DNA of 64,000 bases, from positions 152,929-216,928 of the forward strand of contig PDIP01000004.1 of the NCBI GenBank assembly GCA_002811645.1, read 5' to 3'. How positions within the stretch are numbered: the first letter of the stretch is position 1; each line of letters begins with the position of its first letter. A model generated the notes under the pieces. That model was not told the origin of the DNA, ran no database searches, and saw only the letters and a list, made by a program, of their open reading frames with translations. Below are positions 12,701-24,375 of this stretch, piece by piece. The translations under genes were made by a program, and so were the position numbers. This DNA is from Corallochytrium limacisporum Hawaii (taxonomy: Eukaryota; Protista; Pluriformea).

Positions 12701-15700
12701 GCCGGGCATCAGTGGTAGTAGATGTGTGAGTGAAGACTACGACGACTTTTTACTGATAGTGCCCGGCGAAAAGCAGAGCGCCTCGGCTACTTGAAGGAAT
12801 TTTACTCCCTGATTCTGGTACTACCTTGCCTGTTTCGGGGTTTCCCTGGTTCTTCCCCTTCCCGCCCCCTCTACGGCAGATGTGACTGATCGATTAGGGT
12901 GACGGAACAAACTGTCCCAAAAGACAGGCGATATTGGAACGGACGGAAGGAAACGGAAGGATTGGCGAAGCCAAGGGGCAGATGTGAACGGATTACGGAG
13001 CTGCAAGGACATCGTATACAAAACTTGCCATCCGTCCAATGAGGCAGCGGATGGAGAGCACACAACGGGGTTGGGACACCACCGGGATGAGGTGGTGTAC
13101 GCGGACACGCAGCTAACGTATACCATGCGCGGAACGACGGGATCAAAAACCTGCTGTCGAGGAATTAGGTACACGCGGTACGCCATCTCGGCAGCGTGCT
13201 TTGTGGAAAATGATAGATTTAATGATACGGCGGAGCAAATGATTGTGCATTTCGGCAGAGGCGGGAACCCCCCCCCCATTTTTGCTTGGGGAGGAGTTGC
13301 GACCTTGGTTCCGAAATGTTGATACTTCCCCCTTATCTCCCCCCAGCGAAGCAATAGAAGAAAGAAAAAAGGGGAGGGGAGGGGAGAGAAGGAGGCGGAG
13401 GAGGACGAGGTTGTCCTTCCCCGCGAATAAGATGCTATCCCTTTTCTGTGGTGTGAATGCGGAATTCATTCCTCTGTTGATATGCGCCCAGTTTACTTCC
13501 TTTAGCAGGGAGTCATTTCAATACTGAAATCACTGGGATTTTGTGACGTGTGAAGGAACGGAGATATTAGGTCACACGGACATGCTCCAAACCTTGTGGA
13601 AACGCAATCACAGACAACTCGTGTCGTGTTTTCCATGCTTGTGGTACCTTACCCTCATTTCTTACCATCCGGCCACTACTGACAAGTAGGCCGTAGTGTC
13701 TCTTTTTTCTTTCACCGGGGAAGGAAGGACAAATTCGGGTCGGTGAGCACATACAACGTAGGTTCCGTCGGACACAGAGCTAATAAGGGATAAACTGTGC
13801 TTTATCAATTTTGCTATCAGACTTCCCCTTCACATAGACTGACAGCCTCGCGGAGACGAAACCATTAACATGAACAGCTCTGCCCAATATTGTTCTTTAC
13901 TAGGGTCGATTTCTTAGCATATCATGTGTGTTGAGCCATTTCTCAATTAAACAGAGTTTCCGTTTGCTCCACCTCAATTGCCCCTCTACTGCCGTATGGT
14001 CTTAGGAGCAACGGACATAGATTATTGAGAAGAAATGGACTATAGACCGTGTCCTGCAAAGACATTCGAAACTAACTGCAGGGATGTAACAGAATCGGGA
14101 TGGCAAACGTACGTCCGCCCCAACAAAGTTTCTTGTGAACGGTGTTCGGAAATTCTTCTGCGCACCACATCCTCAAGGTTTCGGCATGGAAGCGCGTCCT
14201 TAGATCTGGTTTCCATACTGTCAAAGCGGAGTTTTGGGGGTTGCGGTTGTTCTACAGCCCATGCATTCGATGCAAACATGCAACACTTTTGGTTAACTCC
14301 CAATAGCACGCACGGGGGCAACGGACCAGAAGACGTTAACGGGCCACACCCAATATCTATACATCCATAATCGTTGGTGAACGTCAAGAACATCAAGGTG
14401 TTGATAAGCCCATGGTCACCGTTTGGCCCGGACCGTATTGTCTGCTCCAACTGCTTCATCAACCACACCGTCACAGGAGATACCGCCGTTGGAGATGGCT
14501 TAGAGAGATGGGAGCGAACTCTGTTCCTGGCGACACCGTGCGCACCTCTAAACCAGTCAGGTATGCATTGGGGAACTATATACACCTCATATGGGAAGAA
14601 AACGTATCCAAGCACTGAATCTATGGGGATATTTAGATCGCATTGCGTTTGCCTCGCCAGGCCGCCAGTGCCCAGTGGCCCAGGTACTGGCCAGCTGAAA
14701 AAAAAAACAGGTGTGGGCTGCTGGCCCGTGGGAAGAAAGTTTAGGCCATTCAGTACCGGGAGCTTCGGGCATTCGTCCACCGGGGAGCTCTCGTGTTTCT
14801 TCTTGCAGGTGAGCCAGACCAAAAAGTAAAAAAACCGGGTAAAGGTCGCGCCCGTGGGTGATGTGTTTTTGGGCAGGGGAGTATGTGTTTACGTAATATG
14901 GGCAGCGCGGAGTGTTGGCGCATGGTGTGTCTAACTCGCAATCTAGCTAAGGTAAAAGCTTTGCCCCGTGTGACTCTGGCAATCGATTGCATGCACCGTA
15001 CTGAATCTAGCTGATGAACAAGGGCTCTATTAGGGCCAGCAGTTATTGGAGGAAAGAGTCCCGCTTAGCGGACACAATTTGCGCTTCGACTGCGTGGGAT
15101 CAATGAAGTGATCACATTCCAGTGCCGCATAGGATACTTCGCCTTCGGTGTTACGCTTACTTGCTTAAACATGGTACCAGCGTTTAGTAGGGAACGGATT
15201 GAGTATGCAATCAAACTGTGTTAACATGTCCAAAGGAGGCAACGGTACTATATTGGGTACTGGGCTATGTGAGACTGAAGTTGTCATGGATCGCACACCT
15301 CGAGCGGTCGATGATATTCAACATTGTCGTAGCCCAAACCTACGGAGGGGAGGTCTGAAAATCATGGGCCATGTTTGGTGACAGGTCTCCATCAATGCGT
15401 CTCCATGGTGGCTCCCCATTGGACAAGCCTTGTGGGATCGGGATGGATGCGCATTTAATGGCTGTAGGGACACGAATTAAGTTAAGTGTAGGACTAGGGG
15501 GATTCCCGAGGATATACGTATACTTATGGATATAGTGGGGATACTGGGGGCAATCTCGTCGCTTTCCGGCTGGTCTATTCATGGTTCGTACCAATTGTGT
15601 GAATATGACATGTCTTTAATGATGGATGATGATGTAAATCGGGAGAGCGATTGAACTCTGTGGTCCAAAGTCGTTAAACTTGAAGGGATGGAAAAAAGAT

Positions 15701-15755
15701 GAGTAAAGAAATGAATGTTAATGGTTTTCGAAAGTAATTGATACTAGGCAATCAC

Positions 15756-17501
15756 TCACTGTTCATCAGAATCAACAGTGCCGGCGGTCTTGGATCCACA
15801 GCAAGTGCACTTCGAATTCATCTTGTCCATCCAGTGAATGAAGTTAGAGGCCCAATTGCGAGCGGGGTACCAGGACAGGTCCTGGATCCAGCTGGGGCAC
15901 TTCTCGTAGTGGTTCTTGCGCATCACATGGACGACAACGTGGACCAGGATGATGAAGACAATGGGCACAACCACACCAACAAAGACCTCCCATCCAGCCA
16001 GAGACAGACCGAACAGAGCAGCGGGGATGAAGAGGAAGCAGGTGAGGATGTAGAACAGAGGGAACCAACGGTACTTGGCGGACATGTCACCCAGAGCGCG
16101 AGCAGCGCCGATCGGGACCTTGCGCATGAAGGGGACGACATACCAGATGGCGATACCGAAGACGTTGAAGAACAGGTGCACGAAAGACAGCACAAGAGCG
16201 TTGGCAATGGCGTCAGCACCGTCCTGCGACAGAGCAGCCAGCATACCAGTGAAAGTGGTACCGACGTTAGATCCGAGGGTCATGGGGTACATCTTCTCCA
16301 GAGACAGAATACCAATGGCGACGAAGGGCACAAAGGAAGACGTGAAGACGGACGAAGACTGCAGCAGAATGGTAGCTCCAACACCGAACAGCATGAGGAC
16401 GTAGCCGTGGACCCAGCCGAAGGGATGAGGGAAGTCAGCGTTGAGCAGGACACGAGTGTAGTGGGCAATGCGGCCCTTCAGCAGAGACTGCAGCACCTTG
16501 ACCAGCAGGATGAGAGAGACAGTCAACATCAAGAGGGCAAGCAGAAGAGTCAGGACACCCTGGGTGACATCGTCAGACTCGGAGCAGGTAGGCTCGTAGG
16601 TTTCGGGGTCGCAGTTGGGGTCGGCTTCGCAGTCGTCTTCCAGAGACTTGATGCACTCTCCGGCCCAGTCGCACCAGATAGATTCCTTAACCATGCACTG
16701 CTCACGAAGAGCCTCCGCCTCCTCGTCGTTCTCGGCCTGGGCAATCTCGGTGATGAGCTTCTTATTGACCTGGACAATCTTCTTGGAGACAGGATCTGTG
16801 ATCTTCTTCAGGAAATCAATGTCATCGGTCTGAGTGTCGTCGGTAATGTTCAGGGAGTCGACAACGGATTCACACATCTCACCGAGGAAGTTGGTGGCGG
16901 CCTGGATGGGCAGCAGGACGAGCACGTTCAAGAAGTTGAACATGTCGTGAACGGTGGAGCCAGCAAAGGCACGGCGCAGCTCGTTAGCATCACCGACGTG
17001 GCCCATGGACACAATAGTGTTAGTGACAGTGGTGCCAATGTTGGCACCCATGATCATGGGGACGGCCTGCTTGGTGGTCAGGATGTCAGCACCCCGCATG
17101 GAGATAATGATAGAGGTGGAAGTGGAAGAAGACTGGACGAGCACAGTGACGAGCACACCCAACATCAAACCAGCGATGGGGTTGTCGAAGATATCGTTCT
17201 GGCGGAAGGCGGAACCGGCCGTCTTGGAACCAAGGATCTTGAAGGCATCTGACAGCAGACCGAGAGCAATAACAAAAACGTACAAAAACCCGAGCACAAG
17301 GCCAAGCTTTATGATAGCGCCAAGAAGGCGCATGCCCTTACCCTTGGCATCGAGCTCACTCCATGGGGTACCGAGTTCGGAGTTGAAGGCAACGTTCCAA
17401 GGGTCTTCCTCCTCGATATCGTCAGCCTTCTTCTTGTCTGAATCCTCAACGGGAGCAGGGACAGCGAGGTCCACATACTGTTCTTCAGCCTGGGGTGCCA
17501 T
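15756..17501 (-). CDS. SLC34A: Na+/phosphate cotransporter, SLC34 family, paralogue 3 (581 aa)
   Basis: Same SLC34 signature motifs as paralogue 2; full-length open frame from MAPQAEEQ to TGA. Confidence 0.97.
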   Translation of the reverse strand: MAPQAEEQYVDLAVPAPVEDSDKKKADDIEEEDPWNVAFNSELGTPWSELDAKGKGMRLLGAIIKLGLVLGFLYVFVIALGLLSDAFKILGSKTAGSAFRQNDIFDNPIAGLMLGVLVTVLVQSSSTSTSIIISMRGADILTTKQAVPMIMGANIGTTVTNTIVSMGHVGDANELRRAFAGSTVHDMFNFLNVLVLLPIQAATNFLGEMCESVVDSLNITDDTQTDDIDFLKKITDPVSKKIVQVNKKLITEIAQAENDEEAEALREQCMVKESIWCDWAGECIKSLEDDCEADPNCDPETYEPTCSESDDVTQGVLTLLLALLMLTVSLILLVKVLQSLLKGRIAHYTRVLLNADFPHPFGWVHGYVLMLFGVGATILLQSSSVFTSSFVPFVAIGILSLEKMYPMTLGSNVGTTFTGMLAALSQDGADAIANALVLSFVHLFFNVFGIAIWYVVPFMRKVPIGAARALGDMSAKYRWFPLFYILTCFLFIPAALFGLSLAGWEVFVGVVVPIVFIILVHVVVHVMRKNHYEKCPSWIQDLSWYPARNWASNFIHWMDKMNSKCTCCGSKTAGTVDSDEQ

Positions 17502-17660
17502 TGTGTTGTGTGTTGAGCGGTTACTTTTGCTTCTCCAAGTATGGGAATGAACCGTGAAAAGTGTTTATGAGAACGGGAAAGCTCAATTACCCTTCCGATT
17601 GTGTCGAGCTCTGTGTCTGATTGTCTTCGTTCCATTTCCAGTTGTGTCGATTCAATGCGC

Positions 17661-17670
17661 TTAAATACCC
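17661..17670 (-). promoter_or_regulatory. GGGTATTTAA TATA-like upstream element of SLC34 paralogue 3
   Basis: About 160 nt upstream of the ATG; identical decamer in the three paralogues. Confidence 0.55.
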
Positions 17671-19141
17671 CTTGGCACCCAATGAAACACTCCACGAGGT
17701 ACTGACACCAAATATCCCCAGTACAATTCGTGCCTTGCAATAGTAGGATCTAACGGATATTCCAGTCAACGAACCCTGGAACACTTCCACCTTTGACCCT
17801 TCCGTTAGAAACCCCCCGGTATCATTTCCGTAGCTCGGAGGCAGCACGGGTGAAGGACAAAGACGGGGGGATATTGTACGCCGTTGGCCCCACCCCAACC
17901 CCAACCCCCTTTCTCCCTTTACCATTTTTTCACACTCTCTCTCTTTCTCTCTCCCCCCCTTGCCCCACCGCGGCGCGGAGGCCTGACCTTTCCCCCCCTC
18001 CCACCACCACGGTGCCCTCATATGCCGTCNNNNNNNNNNNNNNNNNNNNNNNNNNNNNNNNNNNNNNNNNNNNNNNNNNNNNNNNNNNNNNNNNNNNNNN
18101 NNNNNNNCCCCCCCCCCCCCCGGGGGGGGGGCGCGGGGGACCCCCCTCCCCTCCCCTCCGCTCAAGAGATGACGGAGACAAGTGGCTGGTGTGCAAAAAG
18201 TCCCCGGTTTTTTGGGGGGGGGGCTTTCAATAGAGACTTTATAGATACTGTTCATGAGTGGCGGGTCACCGGGGGAAGAAGCGAACGAAGACGGACGAAA
18301 CATCATAACCTGGAACGAGCACGGCGGATCTTCTGCCAGCAGAAAATATTCGTTGTCATCAGCAGTGGGTGCTGGTGGCTTCTCTGCGTTTGTGGCATGC
18401 TTCATTCGCTTCGTTCCTTTCCACTTCCCCCTCTCCCCCCCTTGCCCCACCGCGGCGCGGAGGCCTGACCTTTCCCCCCCTCCCACCACCACGGTGCCCT
18501 CATATGCCGTCCTGCGGGAGCGCGCACCGTTCCACACCACCCACTGACGCAACCCATCATCTCCAGGCATTCCTTAAATGGGTTACGCTGCCGGAGATGG
18601 GCGATGTGCGCCTCTCTCTCTCTCTACTAGTACAACTTTTTTTAAAGAGTTTCAACTTTTTGGACAAGGTGAGAAGAGATAGAGACAGAAAGAGGATAAC
18701 GGTGGAAATGCAAAAGCCACACCACGGCCATCTCACCCGAGCCATCAGAGATTTGGGACTTAGTGTTTCATTGGCGCGGTGTGAACTGCCGTGCCGATGT
18801 GTTGGTGTCGGTTATATGGGCTGGGTTGTAGTGGACAGCAGTCGGTCAGTTGACTTGGCCTGATATGTGTTGGCACGGGGCATGATTGACAATATGGTGT
18901 CGGTTGTTGTAAAGTGTTTGGGCGTAGCCATCTCTGTTTCTTGTTGTTGTTTTGCCGTCATCTCGACAGACCGGACAAATTGCGGTCCCGTGCGGTGTTG
19001 TACTATACACGACCCCAATTACCGCTCCCAGTCGATCCTTTGCCTGACCTTGAGTCGTTGATCTATGAACCCGATTATTCTCTTACAAGCTTTTCTTCTC
19101 TCATTCCCCACTACCCCAACGAAATTGTATTTTTGTTGTCT

Positions 19142-19187
19142 TGCGTGCGTGCGTGCGTGTGCGTGTGCGTGTGTGCGTGTGTGTGTG
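19142..19187. repeat. Compound (TGCG)n/(TG)n microsatellite
   Basis: Directly visible: tgcgtgcgtgcgtgcgtgtgcgtgtgcgtgtgtgcgtgtgtgtgtg. Confidence 0.9.
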
Positions 19188-22100
19188 ATAATCTCTGAAG
19201 GGGGGGGGGGTTGGGGGGGACATAAGGCCAAGGGATATAATGTACAANNNNNNNNNNNNNNNNNNNNNNNNNNNNNNNNNNNNNNNNNNNNNNNNNNNNN
19301 NNNNNNNNNNNNNNNNNNNNNNNNNNNNNNNNNNNNNNNNNNNNNNNNNNNNNNNNNNNNNNNNNNNNNNNNNNNNNNNNNNNNNNNNNNNNNNNNNNNN
19401 NNNNNNNNNNNNNNNNNNNNNNNNNNNNNNNNNNNNNNNNNNNNNNNNNNNNNNNNNNNNNNNNNNNNNNNNNNNNNNNNNNNNNNNNNNNNNNNNNNNN
19501 NNNNNNNNNNNNNNNNNNNNNNNNNNNNNNNNNNNNNNNNNNNNNNNNNNNNNNNNNNNNNNNNNNNNNNNNNNNNNNNNNNNNNNNNNNNNNCTCCCCC
19601 CTTCCCTTTTTTTTTTTTTACCCGCATGGTGGAGTACAGCTCATGGGATGATGGTCATGAAATACATATATTTAGTATGGTGGAATGAACCGGGGAGACT
19701 GGGTACATGCTCCAGACCTATCAGATTAATTCTTCATCGGTCCCCCAATGTGGTCCTGGTCCGACCTTCCGTGACACAGAAAGAATATTTTCTTTTTGCG
19801 GGGGTGGCCTCGTGAAAGAATAACCGTCCGAGTGCACAGAAAATTACAAAGTGGGAGCTTGATTATACCAAACATGAGGGGAATTATGGGCACTGCGAAA
19901 GGAACACCGGGGGACAGGCCGCGGGAGGAGGAGGGGAAGAAGAAGCCGAGGAAGGAAAGAGAGAACGCAGAAGGGAAAAAAAGTAGTAATAAAACATAGA
20001 CACCAAGCGGGAAAGAAATGGGGCGAATGAAAAAAAATGAGAGCGGGGGTGGGTTTCTCACCACAACCGGGCGTGTGTGTGCCATGGGGATTCCATCTTC
20101 TTCCTTTTTTATTTCCCTATGTTTTGTACCGGGATCCAAAAGGGGTTCGATGTCTTACCTGTGGGTTGTTGCTGTGTCTTTCTTACGCCTTGGTACTTGT
20201 GGGCGGCTCCTTGGGACTTGCGTGTCCTGCCCAATGACCCCTCCAACGCGTGTGGCCAGGGGAGCCAGAATTCAACAAAATGATTCTAAAATCCAGGTCA
20301 TTAAGTACTGAAAGATGAGGGTGGGAAACAGTCCCTTGAATTTCACGCAATACAATGCTTCCGGTGTGATCTGGATCCAGAGGAGAAGCTCTTAGGTGTG
20401 TAGTAAGCAGTCGGTACACCACCTGATGATGATGGGCTCTTGCTTACTCAACATCATACCAGTCTCATTGTCATGCACACCCCTGTGCATTGGCACCGGT
20501 CTGCGCAGGCTCACCTGCTACGAGTTAAGTTTGCGCCGCGTTTATCATTGCTCCCCCTTCCCCCGCGGGGAGGAGGAGGAGTTCCGCCTCTCTTTCTCAT
20601 GCCGCTCTGGGTGTAGAGTGAGTGTTGTCCCGGCACCGCTTTAGATTCTTGTCACTCACACAACAACCGACAACGACACCAACAACAATGACAATCACAA
20701 CAAAACTATTTGCCCGCTTGTTGCCCGATTGCAGCAAAAGTGCATAGAAGTACCTGAACCCACAACACACCCAAAAGAAACAATTGGGCTAGTTTGTTCT
20801 AATCGCCATTGGGGGCCCTCACTATCCGCGGGAACGAACCGTTTTCGTGAACCAAACAAGTGCCCTTTTAGGGCCAAAACTGATCGATGGGAAGGGGGAG
20901 GACAAAAATTGGTCACAGAGCACGCCACGATAGGGGGTGGAATGGACAAGAGTAATTTGGGCGCGGCAGGTGATCTGCAATACCCTGGGATCAGTGAATT
21001 CCCGACCGGACGGGATGGCAAGCGAACGAAGGGATTCGGAACTGCTTCTAATCCCGCAGTTCGCACAGGGCAAACCCATTGACATGCAATGCTGTGGACC
21101 TATTCGAATACGTGACCCACATCATAGCGGTATATCATCTCTCAAATGCGACGCCCCGGTTGCAGATGTTGGTGAAGTGCCCGACCGTGCGATTCCAATA
21201 GATCCCGTGCGAAGTGCTGGCGGGTCATTTTTACTGACTGAATAGTCCCAACACAATTCAATGCCGCACGCACCTTGTGCCTGTGAAATGAGCGGAAATC
21301 GGAATCTTACATTGCAGGGGAACCAGAACAATACCGCAATGGGGAACAATGATCTAGTGTTCGAGTTCCGTGTACGAGTCTATCACCGTGCTTCTCACAC
21401 CTCGAGGTACCCTAACCACCATCGCGCCCTCATCCTTACCTTTATCATCAACATGGGGTTTCAACAAGATGTCAGCAGCAATCGCCATGGCATACCAATC
21501 AAATCCGCATTTCACGTATCCTCTGTGTATTGACACATAAATGCGTGTGTTGTGTAGGGACCCAGGAAATCGTTGTCGACTCGATAATCTTGAATGACGA
21601 GAATGTCTCTACTTTCGACGACATCACCAGCCATTCCCATCATGGGCATTAATGTATTCGACGATGCCCGGTTTCCCGACCTTTTCTGTGCAAGCTTGGG
21701 GACAGTGAATTGATGACTGTTCTTTGTTGTAACAACAGCATCGTTGTCGTCCCCGGTGGACACACGATAAGTACATAAATGAACAATCTTCTATTGTGCA
21801 TGATCCCTATTGATTTGTACTTTTGCTCGACTTCCTTCAGCTGAGCGTTTCACAACCTTTCACGCAGAGACTCACCCTTCCGTCCTCATGGCGAAGATGC
21901 ACTTTCCTGGCGATAAGGATGGGCACGTCCGCAAAAAAGCAGTGTACAGTTTCCTCATCATAGTATATGATATCGTGAATGACTGAGTGCACAGATGTAA
22001 GGGGATTTGGGACCAAGGACGGGGCCCCACCATGTCGCTCTCATTCATTTGCGAACTTAGCAGGGATATACACCCCACTATCTATCCCGGGAACGGCTGC

Positions 22101-24356
22101 GTGCGCGCTCCCTCGATGGCGCTTATTATGCAACCATTTGTAATTTTCAATCTATCTTTGGCCAACACAAGCATCAGCATTTGTTCATAGCCCAAACCAA
22201 AACGAGAACATCCCGTCCCCCACGCGCCAACCGCACTGACGGGGAAGTCCGTGCAAGACATAGTAGAGGACACCATATCTTGATAAGTGCCAGTAGGGGG
22301 GGACAACGAAGTCCGTGGCGTATCACACATTTGTGACCGGTTGGTGGTACGCATGGATCCCATACGTAACGTATGCAGAATCTTGAAGAATGATGACCAT
22401 GGTGGCAACGATATCGACCGGGGAACAACATCGTCATGATCATATTGGGGGTAATGGAGAGGTCGTCGCTCAAAGTCCACTGGAAATTGGTAGCAAAAGA
22501 AGGTAAGAAAAACGCAATTATCCTTCACTCGTACTCCTTTTGTAATTCTTTTCTTTCTTTTTTATTGCTTGGTCTCGCGAAACTTCGGCCCTTGGCCCGT
22601 CGACTTGGCTCTGCCCTCTCGGTTGCCCAGAGGTCATAGCGTAAGTATTGGATGAGCAGTACGAGTTTACGTAGTTCTGTGGCGAACCCGTAAGCAAACG
22701 GGGCGCTTGTGGGATTCGGTGACAGTTCCTTCTTCCTCCAATCGCAAGATTTTTCTTCAACCCGGTGACGCATGAATGCATGGGGGCGGGTGAGCTCTGC
22801 GAAGTAGCGGAGAAGTATTGCAATAAAATGAGAATATGTGGGTTAGACAGTTTATTTTTTTGCCTCAATTTCATTTCTCCCCGTCTTCGCAAGAGCAGGT
22901 GCACGGGCATGATATGGGTGTCGTGCACCAAACCCTTACTGCATTGGGTTCCAACCGCACTTCTTCGAGCCGGGGACCAGTGCTCTACTAGTTTCAGTCC
23001 CGGCTTGCAGCTTAGCTCTTTCATTTGATGGTCCTCATCTAGCAGCAGAGGATCACAGGGGTACGTCGCTCACCATCCATCAACGGAGCCCCTAAGACAG
23101 TGTCCCAAGAAGTATGAGAGGCGAGCAAGAGTGGAGATGATGGGTATAGGATGCTCCTCGCGCGACGTTGGTTTGAAGATCGCTGTTCTTCCGTTTCTCC
23201 TTATCAGTGCGCTCTTCGTCTCTCTTCCACTATCAATCACCTTAGGTACGGCACGAAACTATTCTGTTGGCAATCCTCTACGTTCGCGTGTAGAGAATCC
23301 TCCGATGGAGAGTCTTGTTTTGGACTACTTTGTCATGGTTGGCACTTGTTCGTGCCAAGCATAACCTTGAAGTTGAGCTGACAAACGTCATACTCCATTT
23401 ACATCACGAGCTGAATCCACTTTGTCCCTTGGTGTATGTCAGTGCGTGCAGCTAGTTATCACAATAAGGACAACGCGGACAGTGAGCAAGCAGTACCTCC
23501 ACCGGTGATAAAGTATAGGGATCTCAGTGAAGAAAGAATTAGCAGATACGTACGGAACGAAGGACCACGTAGGTGGTCTTGTTCCTCACTGAAGCATGCA
23601 GAAGTGTGTCTTGTCCTCCGAGTGGTTCCTTTGGTCCCTTGCGACAACAAGATGGTGGTTTCTGGGATGTGCAGGCTCCTTTTGCGACAGGTAATGCGGT
23701 CACGGTAATCGGGGTGACGAAAGAAACGCTAAGCATGCTTCTTAGCAAACTCTTTCAGTTCTCCGCTTCTCCCTGGATCGCTGTACAGCGGTATGAGGTA
23801 TGTGGTTGTCTGAGAAAGGGCGGAGAACGAGAGAGAGTTGGGTCAGTTTTTCTCCGTCGCCGGCTTCTTCGGGGGGTCCCGCCCTGTCGCTTCAATTTTT
23901 CTTTATATACTTTATTCTTCGGCGGAAGGGGTTCTACGGTCGTAGTTCTTAAATCCCCTGCAATCTGCACAGACCATCTCTTGCACAACGGTTTTCCCCC
24001 TTCCCTGCTTTTGCATCTCCTGCTGTCCCTGCCTTTAGTTCAACTTCGTGGCTGTCGTTGGTGTCACTGTTCCCCGGCACAATTTCTTCTTCTACCCGTC
24101 CCTAGGCCCGACGCAGCGTCTTCCTGTCCTCTTCAGCAGCAAACCATTGACGTCTGCCCAATACACACACAAAAGTAAGGTTATTGAGCACTTGCTGGAA
24201 ACCAACGTGTTATACTGCCACGCCGAAAATTTTCAAAGCCCCTTTCCTCACAGGTCGCGTGGGTTTTCACATGAGCGGGACCCGCCGGCCCATGTGGTGC
24301 AGTGGTGTTCCTCCCCGTATAGTCCTCCCACTGAAACACGCACACTCACACTCTGC

Positions 24357-24375
24357 TATATATATATATATATAT
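24357..24375. repeat. (TA)n microsatellite
   Basis: Directly visible TA run. Confidence 0.85.

Noticed and set aside
14040-14822. 260-aa minus-strand ORF with a faint likeness to a DIRS tyrosine-recombinase segment (PVTVWLMKQL...LMFLTF)
   Set aside because: No catalytic R...HxxR...Y residues, non-ATG start, and no RT/RNase H nearby.
17755-17762. GGATATTC, matching the plant P1BS phosphate-starvation element, upstream of SLC34 copy 3
   Set aside because: Degenerate 8-mer expected by chance; not seen at a comparable position before the other copies; there is no evidence the host uses a PHR1-type factor.
17949-18511. ~80-bp direct repeat (17949-18029 and 18431-18511)
   Set aside because: The first copy ends exactly at an N gap, so it is probably an assembly duplication.
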